A DNA stretch of 64,000 bases from Takakia lepidozioides (Eukaryota; Plantae; Bryophyta). Of the stretch, positions 11,467-25,000 are shown in pieces. A program made the position numbers and the translations under genes. The notes under the pieces are model-generated. The model saw nothing but the letters and a program-made list of their open reading frames with translations, was not told the DNA's origin and did no database searches. Position 1 is the stretch's first letter. The number at the start of each line of letters is the position of its first letter. The DNA is taken from assembly GCA_030704615.1 (NCBI GenBank), contig CM060731.1, positions 61,132,001 to 61,196,000 on the forward strand. The letters are read 5' to 3'.

Positions 11467-14400
11467 TCAAGCAACCCTTTCCAAGTCCTCTAGGTCTGGA
11501 ATGACTACATCCAGCCTCATGCGTGGTTTGTACTTGTCTGGCACCTCCGCGCCTGCTTGTGCACATAGCTCCACAACGACAGGGGCTTCTCCATAGTAGC
11601 TTTTCAGGATGTGAGTCAAAGGCGGCCCCTCCCGGTCCCGGACATGCCAAACATACCTGCAAAAGATAGGTCGACATTAAAGCCAGAACCAGTTTTCCAT
11701 TTCTTGAATTTTCAATCAAACAGCAAGAAGAGCTCTCCACTGCTACAGGCGGTCAAACTACCATTGCATCCCAAAAAACTAAATCCAGCTGCCTTCCAGG
11801 TCTTGTTGTTGGAAGCGAGTTTGTGGCAGCCAATGAAGTTTTCCAAGCAGACCCGGAAGGGTGCAAGGGATGACTGCTGTCCCCTTGTAAGCACTCGAAC
11901 TTCAACCATCACTTAGGAGTACAACAATTTTTCAGATCCACACATCATTGAGACATCCCTTAGCTCAGGCCAACAGATTCAGAACTGCTGAAATGCCAGC
12001 CCTTATTGCGCTATTGCTCCAGCTTGAAACAATAACCCTTTGTGCACCAAGTGATCATAGAGCCTTTGTTCCAAAGAAGCTGTTAAAGGAGAAAGGTGCA
12101 AACTGTTGTTGCCTCCTGAGTGATGGAGCACAAGTATTTTCAGGAATTGCCTCATAGAAGTATAGTATAACCAATGGTGGCCTATGCATGCTGTAATTTT
12201 GCATCCAGAGCACATGGTAAGACTAGAAACAACCATGTCCCAACCCCAACTTCCAGAAACTAACGTGCTGTAGGTGTGGTCATACTTAGGGGGTATTAAG
12301 TCATCGAAGGCAGCCTCCTGCCACCCGTGCTGTCCATTGCGCCACTGATGTTTGAAAGCTCCACATAACCTGACTTTGTGGCCTCTGGGCCCAATGTGGA
12401 CTTCAGGACAGTAGCCGCATGCCTTCACCATGTAACGAGACATCAGCCGCTTGGTTGCCCAGCACATGGTCTCCCATGCCTGCAGCGTTTTCTGAGCCAC
12501 GGTTTGCAGGTCGTCATCTTCGCTGATTGCTGCTACCATTACTTCTCTCGACCTTACCTGGGTTTGCTTATAATTTTTCTCCGACACAATATCTTCTTCT
12601 GGTGAACGCCTGATGCCACTGTGCACAGAACATTCAATTCCAAGATACTTTATAACAGTCTAGCTTTAGTCAGCACACCCCAAAGACTATGTACTATAGT
12701 AGTTCACCAGCTCCTTGAAAAGCAGCAGCCAAAAAGGTCACACATAAAGCACTGGACCGTACAGGTAAAGAATGTCAACCACATTAAGAGTAAGCATACA
12801 CAAACATATTTTACTCCTGAGGTACAGAAGTCACAAATCACAATTTGCACTAATACATCCACTGGTTAGGCACCGCTAAAAGCCTCCAGATGTGCCGCCC
12901 AAGGGTCAAAAACAATGCAACAGCATATGCCAACATATATAATCAACTTCAACATTGAAAAACCCCAATCCCCTCGGCAGCACACCCAGGTCCCTTGATA
13001 GTTGTGCAATGGTCACCTTTCCGTTTCAACACCAATGTCCAATATATCTACCCGTGATAAATATCGGGCACTGCCTTCCATCTCTTCTGCTCCTTCAATC
13101 CTCGCATTTTCTACCCCAGAACGACCTTGCCTGACATCCATACCAGTTTTTTTCCACCCAAGAGCCAGTTCCATGTCCAGGTCCTGGTCTAATGCCTCAT
13201 CCACAGCTTGTTCCGTAGGAGAGGTCCTTCTCAATGTTGGATAATCTGGCAGATCCACACCTGCTTGAATACATAGTTCCACGACTGCTGGAATCCGATC
13301 TAAGTTAAACCTCTGGTCATGTGTCGGGGGTCTTGCCAAGCGGTCAGCAAGGTGGAAGGCATCTACAGGCACGACGACATCGTCAACATAGCCAGTCATC
13401 CACTCGTGGAGCGAGAAACGTGATCCGCTGTTGTGGCCCTGACATGTCTTTATTGTGTGCCCCACTGGACCAACATAGACTTCAGAGCACCACCTACACC
13501 CACATCCAATCATTGCTGACTCTTTCACACAAGACTGTAGCTACATTACATTAATGGCTCATCAATTAACCAAGTTCAATTGGACCCATTCTCCTGTGAA
13601 AAGAAGATAACAGACCTCTATGGACAACTGCCGTGAGGATTTTGAGCACCAATTGTGCCAACTATGGTACCGATAGTCCCCAGGTCCTGGAGCACTTAGC
13701 AGTAGGCCTTTCCCTGACTTCCACAGAGGAGGCTGCAACTACAAGCTCACAAAGCAACTTAGAGGAAATAGCAAATGCAAGCCTACCTGCATGCTTTAAC
13801 GGGAATCCTTTTTAGGAGTCTTGCAACACCATCAAGAAGGGTGTCTCGTGCAGAGGTAGCTCCGCGGGCGACCGGAATGAGTTCCTCCACAAGTAGGCCA
13901 TTTTCTGGGGCCTTCAGTGGCTTGGGAGCCACAGGTGCCATCTTTGCCCTTAATCTTTTCTGGTAGCTGCCATGCTTAATGGGTGTCAGAAATGGTCGTT
14001 TCTTCCGCTTGGGCAAGATTTCAGACAGGTCCTCATTTTGTGGATACTCTTTGCGTGCTCTCACTGATAGCCTTTGGTTCCGATCAGCCCTCGCAAGTTG
14101 CCTTTCAAGACTTCTATCTCCAGAAGGTCTTGGATACTTAATTTGTTGTGCATGCTCTATAAAACCCTACATACAAAACATGATATAAGTATCACTAGAC
14201 ATCCACACAGTACAATCATTGCCCAGACTCACCTACTATGATAATTACTTATCGACCATTTCTACGAATTCACAGTCATCAACACAAATAAGAAAATCTT
14301 GATCAGCACTTTCCGGATGGACATAGTACAGCAAAGATAGATGCTGAAAATCACTGTGGAACCAAATATAGAGCTGCAATTGGGCACCTCAGAACTATTT

Positions 14401-14796
14401 TTATCCCAACAGCTAATAAAACTCACTTGTCTGATGGACACATTGATGCTCGTTCGTGAACCACAGTTCCATCAAGAGGAAAGAATTGGATGCGTTGGAA
14501 GCACTTACAAGAAAAAGGGAGGGGATGAAGCTCTCCCTTTGCAGCGTATGCCATTCAAAATAATAAAAACTTGTCATGCGCTTTCTTCTGCACCTCTGAG
14601 GAGAACACTCCCTGAATCTGCCATCTAAATTGGCAGAACTACTTCTATAAGTCGAAAGTGGATAAGCAAACAGAGGGTTCATCAATACGTGAGAAGGGTA
14701 ACATCTACCTAGCATTGACCTCTGTGGATTGGAATACAGAGAAGGATAGGCGTACTTATGCAAGCATTGACTGCCCAATGCTACCTGGACTGCCAT
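11467..14796 (-). CDS. APO-domain RNA-binding protein (APO1/APO2-like, plastid intron splicing); 5' exons approximate
   Basis: Two APO zinc-binding domains (C|RWCSEVYVGPVGH...AVVELCIQAG at 13.0-13.8 kb; ACGYCPEVHIGPRGH...HGWQEA at 12.3-12.6 kb). Last exon 11467-11656 reads YVWHV...YYGEAPVVVELCAQAGA...MRLDV...*. N-terminal QNEDL..LPK and PENGLLV motifs are present. Confidence 0.9.
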
Positions 14797-16171
14797 GGTG
14801 CTCAAAGGGAGAGCCCTGGCCTCATGCAGGCCCTGAGCAACAGGCCCAGAACGGTGGGAGGCGTTTTTGGGGTCCCCGAGCACATTCGGAGGCCAACCTT
14901 CCCGCGTCTGTAAACCAAATTGTTTACTCCACAATCTCACTGTATGCAGAGCTCTTCCTCTTGTGCACACAAGGTTCAAAGCCGCTAAGTGTATATGTTG
15001 GATGAGCCACCAAAGGAAAGGGGGTCATGTTTGTAAGGGGAACTGAGAGGCTCTGAAGAACGGTATCATAGTTTGGATTTTGTGATGCAGTAAAGCAAAT
15101 GAGATGCCCTGTTTAGAAAGACTGTGGCCCACGTCTCTGTATTCAATAAGATGTGGTCCTTGTGTGTCAATTGTGGGTGAACATTGTGTCTCTTCATGGT
15201 GTTCTGAAAAACTACAACTTTCATCTTACATTCAATGAACCTACCTACAAAGACTACGGTATAAGTTGCAATTAAATCATATATGGATTAATTCACCTAC
15301 GCAACATTGTTTGTCTGGAACAAGAGAAACATATTGGACCAACCATAAACCCATTTACTTAGCATTCAAACTTTCAGATTAAGTCAATCATTGATTTGTA
15401 ACTAAGATATTCCATGCGTGTGTGGACTAAGTAGTGTAGTGAGCCATAAGTAAGCTTTCGTCTTGTCCCCTTCTTCTTCTTTGTCAAGATGTGAGTGGGG
15501 GCATACTCTCTGCAACTTAAAAGCAGTACAGTTTTGGGTTTATAATGTCAAGATGTTCCCAATGAAGTGGCTCACTATTCATGTGTGGCACATTCGTGGC
15601 AGGTTTTCGAGGAGCATAAGTCATCAGTGAACAGCATTTGCTGGGCTCCCCATGAGCTTGGTTTGTGTCTGGAGACAGGACATATTCTGTCTTAACCCAC
15701 AAGGCTGCCGGTGCATGGGAGAAAGTATGGGAGAAAACCAAGATTGACCCCCGGACATTATAAAGTACCATTTAATTTAACTTAGTTTCACTCTCTCTCT
15801 CGGGAATTTATACACACAGACAAACAAGAGTTGGTGGCACAGGGCTTTAGAGTAGAATACCAATGTGGTACTGAGCATAATGTACATTCCGTGGAGTATC
15901 CAGGGGTAGGTTTATGGCATCTGCTTACCACTCAATGTCAAGGTCATTTTTCACACCAGCTAGAGTAAATTGGATGCCATAAACCAAATGTCATTGGCTG
16001 TGACAGAGCTATGCATTCATACATGGCTGAAAGGCTGACAGTTCACTAACCTACATGCACCCCATTGACAAAATGGTTTGCAGCACATGACACGCATTCA
16101 TGGACTCTCAAGCAATCTATACACAAAAGAGCTGATAGCTGGTGTTAGTTGAAACCTAAATATGAATGATC

Positions 16172-19056
16172 TCATCGTGATAGAAAAAGGTGAAAGGTGA
16201 AGAAGTACAACTTGAGAACCACACCCAAGCCTAGCTGCACAAGTGCAGAGCACAGCACAATCAAAAACCATCGTTCACTTGCAGTCTTAATGTGTGTTCG
16301 AATGTTGATGGCTAGAAAGGTTGCCGACATTAGTGCTGCTACTCCAATGACCACCCACCTCATGATGTCCCATGGCACAACTGATAGAAACTGGCAGCCC
16401 ACAAATGCACAGACAGGTGTCAAAATGGCAACAACTAAATAACAGCACAACTGTCCCCCTTCCCTAACCCCATTCTATGAATGTACTCGTAAGACATTGT
16501 TTGCCGTAGCCTTGTGGCCATAGACCCTGCGCCCAGTTTGGGCGAAACAAAAGTGAGCAGAAACTACCTTTGCGAGGGGCTCACACCAGTACTGTGACAA
16601 AGCCATCTAGAGAGACAGACAAAGGGTGAGCAGAGTCACTAAAAAACGACAAAGCAAAATGCACCATTAACCATCATGCACCTAAATCATTCCCTTGAAC
16701 CTCACAAGACACTAAGAGAATTTTAAAACACCATATCTCTCAGCCCTTCAGTCTTCTGTGGACATTCTCTTGCTTCCATCCTCTGCAGCCCCTTTGCCAT
16801 GGCCCACATCCCTCTTTCTATGCAATTCACAAACACATTTGTACTGTCAACAGAACAAGGAAATCCCCAACAAAGGACCATGGGAAAGTGCTCACCGAGG
16901 CTGGGATGAAGACAAACAGAGAGTAGCCATACAAGCACCAGAGCTTTACAAGGCCTAACACGGCGCCCAAGTACTGGAGAAGGAAGTAGAGGCCCAAGGG
17001 TGTCACTCCAACGTAGCCATAAAACATAAATGCTGCCCAGGACACCTTGTTGACATCATAGTGCCAGGTATTCCCTCCTCCCCCGTCCTTGCTTTTGTGC
17101 GCCAAGTAGGCTGCAAAGTTGCCCAGCGCTGCTGTCACAAACACCAGTGTTGAGCAGATCCAGAATGGCCCATACCTGCAGTTGAGGTGCCTTCTTCAAG
17201 CCAATCCTCCAGAAGCAGGTGGATATACTTCTGAAGGCCAAAAAATACCGTCTTACCATTTCAATGCTATAACCTTGGCTAGGGTTGCCAAGACTGAAGG
17301 TATTTGAGTTGAAAGGTGAATGATGGAGGAATGCACCCTCAGATTAGAGGTTACCACTGTTCACCAACCGACTAGATCATTATTAAGAATGCCAATGCCT
17401 TATTTATGCTAAGTTGCAGTGAAGTTCATTTGAACAAGGACTCTGAATTCTATCCCAAGTCTACCAGTACTAACTAAAACAGGCATATGCTCAAGGCTCA
17501 CATGTCAGGGTTGTGGCTAGTCTTCTCTATAAAGTCACCCTTGAAAGGGAAAACAGAGTCTCGAATTCGCTCCAGCACATGGGCAGTGTCCACATTGAAA
17601 TAGGGGCGGTACGACACCACGTTGAAGAAACCCTGCCACCCTGTTGGTGCTGATGCTCCAGTGGCCCCTCCTTGACTTCCTGAACTGGGTCTTGAGAACG
17701 AATCTGCTCTCCACTCAATCCAATCCCATAAGAGAGTAAGAGAGAGAGAGAGAGAGAATGTACTCATAAGACGTTGTCTGCCATATCCTTGTGGCCATAG
17801 ACCCCGTGCCCAGTTTGGGCGGAACAATAGGGAGAGAGAGAGAATGTACTCATAAGACTTTGTTTGGCGTAGCCTTGTGGCCATAGATCCTGTGCCCAGT
17901 TTGGAAGGAAACATAGGGAATAGACACTACCTTTGTAAGGGGCACACTCAAGTTGTGCGACTTACCTTGAAATAAACAATTGGTTTGGGCTTTCCAGACA
18001 TCCTCTAGAAAGCCCTTCACACAAGCATCAATCTGCTGTGTGTGAGCAGCCCAAAAGTTAGACCCCAACAGGGCCAGGCTTTAGGCAAAGTAGGTGAACA
18101 GAGGTGCAGAAACCATGTTCTTGATGTTCCTGAAGAGGATCACTCTCTGGTGAGAATACCCTGGACAATGTATCAGAAAATGGATATTGTCTTCAGGTTG
18201 CCCGCACAACAGGCAATTACAATCTCCTTTTCCTCTCTTCATCTTTTTATTGTGCAAAAGTAGAGAGAGAGTATAAACATCTCATGATAAAATTGCAATG
18301 ACCTCACATACAACACATGGAAAGTTATAGCACATCAGCATACAGCCTTTTCAGGCACCGTCACAGATTTTGAGTCCTCACCATGGGAGTATGAAGACAC
18401 ATAGCTCATACCCCAATCATGCTCCATTACAGTTGCTTAGAGATTCCTGACTTCTTAGTGAAAAAGTAGTCAAGAAAACAGATTTATACGGCATACAACT
18501 TTGTTCAAGAGGGGGGTGGGTGGGTATTATGTATACTCACCCCATGGAACTGTTGGTGCCTACTGGCAACCATTGACATAGTCACCTCACCCTAACCACA
18601 AGGACAGGAGGGTGAGCTTAGTGACATCATAAACTAACAAACACAAAAAACTGTCTCAACCCAGATCTGCCTCCATACCTTGAAGGCCAAATATCCAACA
18701 ATAGTCTCAAGAACATCTTTAGAAGATCAAATCACAAAGCCGTAACCCTCTATTCAGCAGCTTCTCAGCTCTTCGTCCAATTCTAACCAAGGACATTAAC
18801 GTCTTATGAGTACATTCTAACCAAGTACATGGACACTCCTCAGAACAAATCTTGGAGTATTTCAATCCTGTTCTGAGCACTTGATTGGACATAGATCAAG
18901 TGTCTGGCAATCAACTGTCCACTGGCACTGTACACGTTAATTTCAGACCCACCCGAAGTTAAGGATTGCATACCATCCCCATCACGAGGAGGCTGGAATG
19001 ATCCAGAGACCTTTCCTTGCGTATTGCCTGGAGGGAAGGTTTGTAGGTTCGAATCT
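16172..19056 (-). CDS. Yip1-domain Golgi membrane protein (YIPF1/2-like); first exon(s) unresolved, probably upstream to ~20 kb
   Basis: Exons encode DSNLQTFPP..QGKVSG...PPRD (18980-19056), YRPYFNVDT..VLERI...NPD (17499-17705), YGPFWICSTLVF...LWCLYGYSLFVFIPAS (16896-17176) and ...LKLYFF (16172-16392). Confidence 0.9.
16480..16590 (-). mobile_element. Short 3'-end copy of LINE family A in a Yip1 intron
   Basis: Matches the terminal ~110 nt of the 7809-9455 element (aatgtactc.taagac.ttgtttgccgtagccttgtggcca...). Confidence 0.8.
17757..18261 (-). mobile_element. Two tandem 5'-truncated LINE family A copies (17757-17830 and 17842-18261)
   Basis: Both begin (plus strand) with (GA)n-aatgtactcataagac. 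The longer copy matches 7810-8245 with an internal deletion and is followed by (AG)n at 18262. Confidence 0.85.
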
Positions 19057-20686
19057 GCAGCCAGACATTTGAGCGTCAATAATATCAGTATGGAGGGCAA
19101 GTAATGAACAGGAAAAGCATCTGAAGAAGGAGAGGCGCAATAGGAGAGACCAAGAGTTCAGACTCTGCCATTCTTCAGCAGGCTCACAGATTTGGGGCCA
19201 ATTTTGATGAAGTAACCATACAAGACTTGACAGGACACAGCACATCTTGTTCTATCTTCGGATTATCTCCATTTATTGACAAGCTTCTGTCTTTTTTCCC
19301 AAATGGCACTTAATCTGCTGGAGAAGGAGAGAGAAAGTACTTCTCCAATCCGGCCACAGCATTGGAATTGTCAGTGTATCACAAGGGGGCCTCACACACC
19401 CCTGGGAATGAACTAACTCCTGTGTTAAGCTGTTAAATTTCGCCCACTGCCAATGTTGTATTCATCCAGAAGGGTCACAGTTCCGAGTCTATCTCAAACA
19501 ACTTCATCAGGGGTACTCAGGTTCTCAACCTTTTAGTTGGCAACTTGACAGCTGTGACAAGTTCCAACAAAAGGTTACTGCCAGAAAACAACAGCCATAT
19601 CTGAGAACAAGCATCATACACAACACTTCACATGCAAAACTGGTAGAAACATTCAATCCCAATGGAGAACTTGGAACCTCTGCTATGTGGAAAAATTTGA
19701 GCACTCTCATATATACCCAAATTGTACTCAATCACTCTGGTTAGAGTTACCGGCGTATTAACTCCTCAAGCAATCAAAACATTAGAGGGGCCTGGACATG
19801 TTCCTGGCTAGCAGTTCTGTACCATTAACACCCCAACTAGGTTTTTACAATTCTGTGTGCAAGGTATACACCTGCATGACATACATGCATAGCATTGGAT
19901 GTATGACTACACAACTATGCACGGAGTCATAAATTCCATAGAGCCAGTCATATTACCAGTCGCCTCCATGACTGTTGATATGGAATATATTAAGTCATAC
20001 ATGCAGTGTTAGGAAGTCGTAATTGCTACTGTTATATACCCACCACGTGCCATAACTTCTCCCTTTCCTTCCACCCACCCAACTCTTCCTCCTCCAAACT
20101 ATTCTAGGGTGCACACCTGACGCTAACCAACAGACTCGAGAGTGTCACTTAATTGATCCAGAGAAAAGCTATAACAACCAGCTAACTAAGAAGAGTCCAG
20201 CCAAGCTCACACAAATGATGCGCTGGAGAGACTCAAGAGTTCAACTTGGGAGTCACACCAAGATTAAAAAAAATCTGGGGATCTGCAATGAAACGAGAGA
20301 AAAAAGGGGAGAGGGAAACAAAATAGAGAAAGAACCTTGGAATTGTAGAACATAATCCGGACTTGCTGCAACAAAAATGTCAATATGTGTTCTCCCTCTC
20401 CCTGTCCCTCTCTCTACCTAGGTAGCTGTTGACCACTAAATCAGAAGCCTCCACACCTAGGTCACGTTTCTCCACATTTTGAAAGGAAGTCTATGTATCC
20501 AGATATTGAGACATTGAGCGGTATTTGGAGAGTGGGAAGCTGAATGAATGGCATCAGGGATTGTGAATCCCTACACATTTAGAAAAGCGGAAATATTACG
20601 GTAGAGAGGAAGATGATAGAAGCATGCACACCGGGGGGAGAAGATTTAGAGACTGAATGCATACCCAATAAGCCTGCACATTGAAT

Positions 20687-20750
20687 AAATGAAATGAAAT
20701 GATACTTTATAATGTCCGCGAAAAGCTCAAAGAGCTTATGGCACAAGATA
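20687..20750 (-). mobile_element. Short 3'-end copy of LINE family B with (ATTTC)n tail
   Basis: aaatgaaatgaaatgatactttataatgtccgcgaaaagctcaaagagcttatgg is the reverse complement of the 3' end at 57140-57200. Confidence 0.75.
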
Positions 20751-22050
20751 GGGTTTTCCCAGTAGCACCACCAAACAAATAAAGTGAGGGAGAGAGCATG
20801 CCGGGAGTGAAGAATAATGCAGGTAGGGAAGACAGCGTAAATTCAACCAGACTCTCTCTCTCTCTCTCACACACACACACAATGATGAGTACATTCTCCC
20901 TCTCACACACAATGATGGTACTTGCAATCACCTGCGCCGGATTAATTTTTCCGTCATAAGGAATAAATCATATTTTCTCTCCCTGCCCGTCCTAGTCGCT
21001 CGGCACGTCCCTCTTCATCACTATTACTTCAAACCACTTGCAATTCTGAATCGGGTAAACTCTGGCCTCCCCAGCTTCCAGTTTTACAATTTAGTAAAGT
21101 GTCTTCCATCTGTCCTTCTGTATTTTTCTTTCTAGACTCTACTCAATCAAATTGCGTTCTCGTCTTACTTCATACCACACCGATCTCCACGAGACGGAGC
21201 TATGCACTCAGTGAGAACCAATCAGCATCCCTACAGGATGAATGTCGGAAAACGGAATAGAAGGCTGACATAGGGAGACCGATAAATCCATACACGAATC
21301 GGTAGATAGAGAGAGAGACGACAACATACAGGCACAAATCCAGAAACAGAAACAGATCCAGAAACAGTTTGATATCCAAGCCTCGCATGTCCGTTCCACA
21401 TTTCCTTCGATCTGTTCCTCGGGAACCTCTTCTTCCCTCGCCTGAACCAATCAAAGCACTCCATTCAACAGGGAAATTCTTAGAACCGTCGGATGAGAGA
21501 ATTGAAAGTGTATCGACTGTCCATCTATAAGGATCGACCGGTTACTAGTCTCCTAAAATTCCTGTCAAGGAACCCGCCGACGAGATTTGCTAACGTTCCA
21601 TATAACCACCTCGTGTAGGCTTCGCATTCTTCCGATTGGAGTTGTGACAAAAGGATTCGGGAAACAAGTGATGCTACAGATTCATTCAACGCTTTGGAGA
21701 TAACTCGATCTTCCATAAGTTTTTGAAGAGATTCTCTCGTATGGTTTTAGCCAACGAATTCAGATTTGAGTATCGTCCGCTCGATAGAGCAGAGGCGACT
21801 GTTTTCCAATGGAAGTGTGGTGTAAACGCAATGATGAAGCACACACCAAACCACCATGATGATTTACACAAATCTGTTTCCAGGCTGCCTAAGATATCAG
21901 ACGCGTTTATGAAAGACGAAAATAACGATGGGGCCATGGGGCCGTTGCTATGCTCTATTATTTTATCACTTTGCTCCCTGTGCTCGCATGCCCCTCAAGT
22001 TTCCTTCAGCACTCACCGTCTCGGCTTCGGTTTCTTTTGTACATGTGTAC

Positions 22051-25000
22051 ATGGCTCGGAGGGGGCTTCATGGCGGTGCTCGACTAGAGGACATATCAAA
22101 GGGGACATATCCATTGGATGCATACAATCAGTTAGTGAAAGGAGGTGCTATCCGATTGGACCAGGGACAGATTGCAGCTTTGCAGCCTCTAGAGCGATTG
22201 CATCGGGAGCTTGAAGAGTACGAACGTCCTCCTCCTGGAATTGGTTCAAAGTTATTTTCGGCTGTAGGGATGGCGCGACCAAAGGCATGTCCCCAAGGGT
22301 ATGCTTATTGTTCCTACTCAATTACAAAAGTTCTCTCTCGCGCCAATGTGGGGATCCTGGACAATGGTAGGGTAGCTGCCTGGGCTTGTCCAAGTCTGCA
22401 CACAATTGCTCTCAGAAATCTTACCGAGAACTTCTCCTAGGGACCAAGTTGTCAGTCCAGTGAAACTTCATACGTCCAGGCTACATCTGCAGTAACATAC
22501 TAGTACGAGTTGGCGTTATAGATAGTGATCGCTATATAGTGATTCGTCGACATGCTTTGCAGGGTTTATATTCATGGAGGGGTGGGTACAGGGAAATCGC
22601 TTGTAGCGGACATATTTTACCATTGTAGTCCCGTGAAGTCAAAACAGCGAGTTCACTTCCATAAGTTCATGCTTGGCGTTCATAAAAGGTTTGTGCTTAC
22701 CCAATATTCGTTTCAATACTTGCAATAGAAAGGCTTTGAATTAGGTCTGAGTGTATGGTTTAAGTGTGTAGTCTGAGTGACGATCTTTCTAAGGAGGGAA
22801 CACATACTCTAAACTGCAAGGTGATCACAGGCCATTGACCTTCATGATGGACTCATAATTGTATGGTATCTCAAATGCAATTGGATTTTTACTTGCACAT
22901 ATATAAGAATATTGCAGGGTCTCTTAAATCATAAACATTTGGTCTAGCCTGTAGAAGAGAAAGCACATAATAAGGTTATCAATGATTAGGTTTCCGAATT
23001 TGAGTGCACGTCTTGCTTTTGTATATATGTTTCTCTTTTCACCTCTCGCTTTTTTTTTCAGGCAGCCACAGGTCGGTAAAATTGGTAAGTTGGATCGATA
23101 AGGGTGAGAGGGGTGTCAGGTTGCATGAGATGCGAATTAAAGAATTTCATCCAAAGGATAGTGATATTGTTGAAGTACTTGCTCAAGATTTGTTAACATC
23201 AGGCTGGCTACTTTGCTTTGACGAATTTCAGGTGCTTAGTGTTTGGGTTTAGACTTTTTGGTACCTTGGTTTGTAGCTCATGATTATAAACTGAGGTGTA
23301 AACTTTATTCTGGCACTCGTAATGTGGTAGTTCATGTGAATCCTAAATGTCGTGGCTATGCTTAACCATATCAATTATCCTTCACATTATCAATTTGCAC
23401 TTTGTGGTGTAAATATAATAGTCCCAACAACTAAATTCAATCCCCAAATGGCGTGCATTAGTCTCATAACCAAGATTGTAATTGGTCAAATGTTGGTACT
23501 TGGTTTTGTTGACACATCCATGATTCTTTAGCACATGATAAATCAAACATCATTCGCATCGAGTTCAAGTATATTAGATCATGAACTTCTACAAATGATG
23601 TTTTATATAAGGTCCACTCATAGATGTATTGCCTTTAGCAATCTATGTTGATGAAGTTGTGTGTGAAGGAAGGTCACCGACATAGCTGATGCCATGATTT
23701 TGAAAAGATTACTAGAATATCTCTTCAAAGGTGGAGCGGTCATGGTTGCATCTTCGAATCGCGCACCATCTGAGGTTTCCTTCAACTATCCTTAGTAAAT
23801 ATTCCACCCCTAAACATTTGTTACTGATCCAAACACATTATTCAAGCTATGTATCATAATTTAGTTCCTTCATTGAGGTTCACCATCTAATCTTCCCCGC
23901 CTCTATAATCCAAAACTCATAAAGTTTTATGATCCACATTTGGGAGCATGCTTCAGTACTTTTTATTGTGTTGCCTACAGTTATACAAGAATGGACTTCA
24001 GAGAGAATTATTCTTACCATGCATTGAATTGATAAAGGAACGTTGTCAGATCCATGCCTTCCGTCCACAGTCACCCGATTATCGTCTCACTGGTGCTCGC
24101 CCTCAAGGCTCCAGGTGATTTGTCCTTCAATTTATTGTCCTTGAGCTTAGTGGGATAGACTTGGTTAAGGTTTTGATTCCCTTAAAACTCTAAATTTATT
24201 CACATGTTATAAAGCCATGACATGATTAACCAGCCTCTCTAAACTACTCCTATCCACAGTCACGCAGTTAAATTTTCTCAAATACTATTCTTCTTTTGTC
24301 ATATCTTTATTGCAGAGATTTTTTTTTTTTTTCCTTTTTTTTTTCCTTTGGTCTCTTTTCTCTTATATTTGGTTAATGTTGACACGTTAAGTTTGGAGTT
24401 TTGCTCTGCACTTTCATGGACACGTAGTGGCCAAGTGCAAATATATCTTAATTGACAAAGTTCCTTCAATTGTGGTGTCATGGAAGCGCGTCCTCCATAC
24501 CCATACACTATGTCTCCTACAATTAGCAATATGAGGCATGACCAATTCCCATCAACATTTTTGCAATTTTAATTATGCATTAAATATGTTTATCCCTCAA
24601 TTTATCACTAACGATAGGGAATGGTTTTAGGTTCATTTAGCAATCCATTCTATTAGACAATTGTGCATCATTGCTCGATAATTCCATGCAAGCAAGCAAT
24701 TTAAAGATAATATAGTATGGTGATGTCTAGTGGTGTTGTCTCTATTTACGTATCTATCTAGACCTACGATTCTAACTTTTAACCCTAAACGCTTACAATT
24801 TTTTAGGCCCGTGGGAATACCCTACTGATTTATGTTTGCTACGTGGGCTAGCCAACTCGCTGGCTGAATACTAATCCACCCATTTTTGCAGATCTGCTTC
24901 ACTTCTTAAAACTCTAGCCGGCAGAGAATTTACTATTTTGCTACGGCGTAAATTCCATCACGAAATTCACAATGCCCCGCTCACTTTTTCATTTTTCAAT

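Noticed and set aside
21723-22214. 163-aa ORF overlapping the AFG1 start
   Set aside because: It is in a different frame from the ATPase and has no recognisable domain; probably promoter/5' UTR.
23062-23084. Possible micro-exon in the AFG1 gene
   Set aside because: It would leave a ~35-nt intron and break the reading frame.
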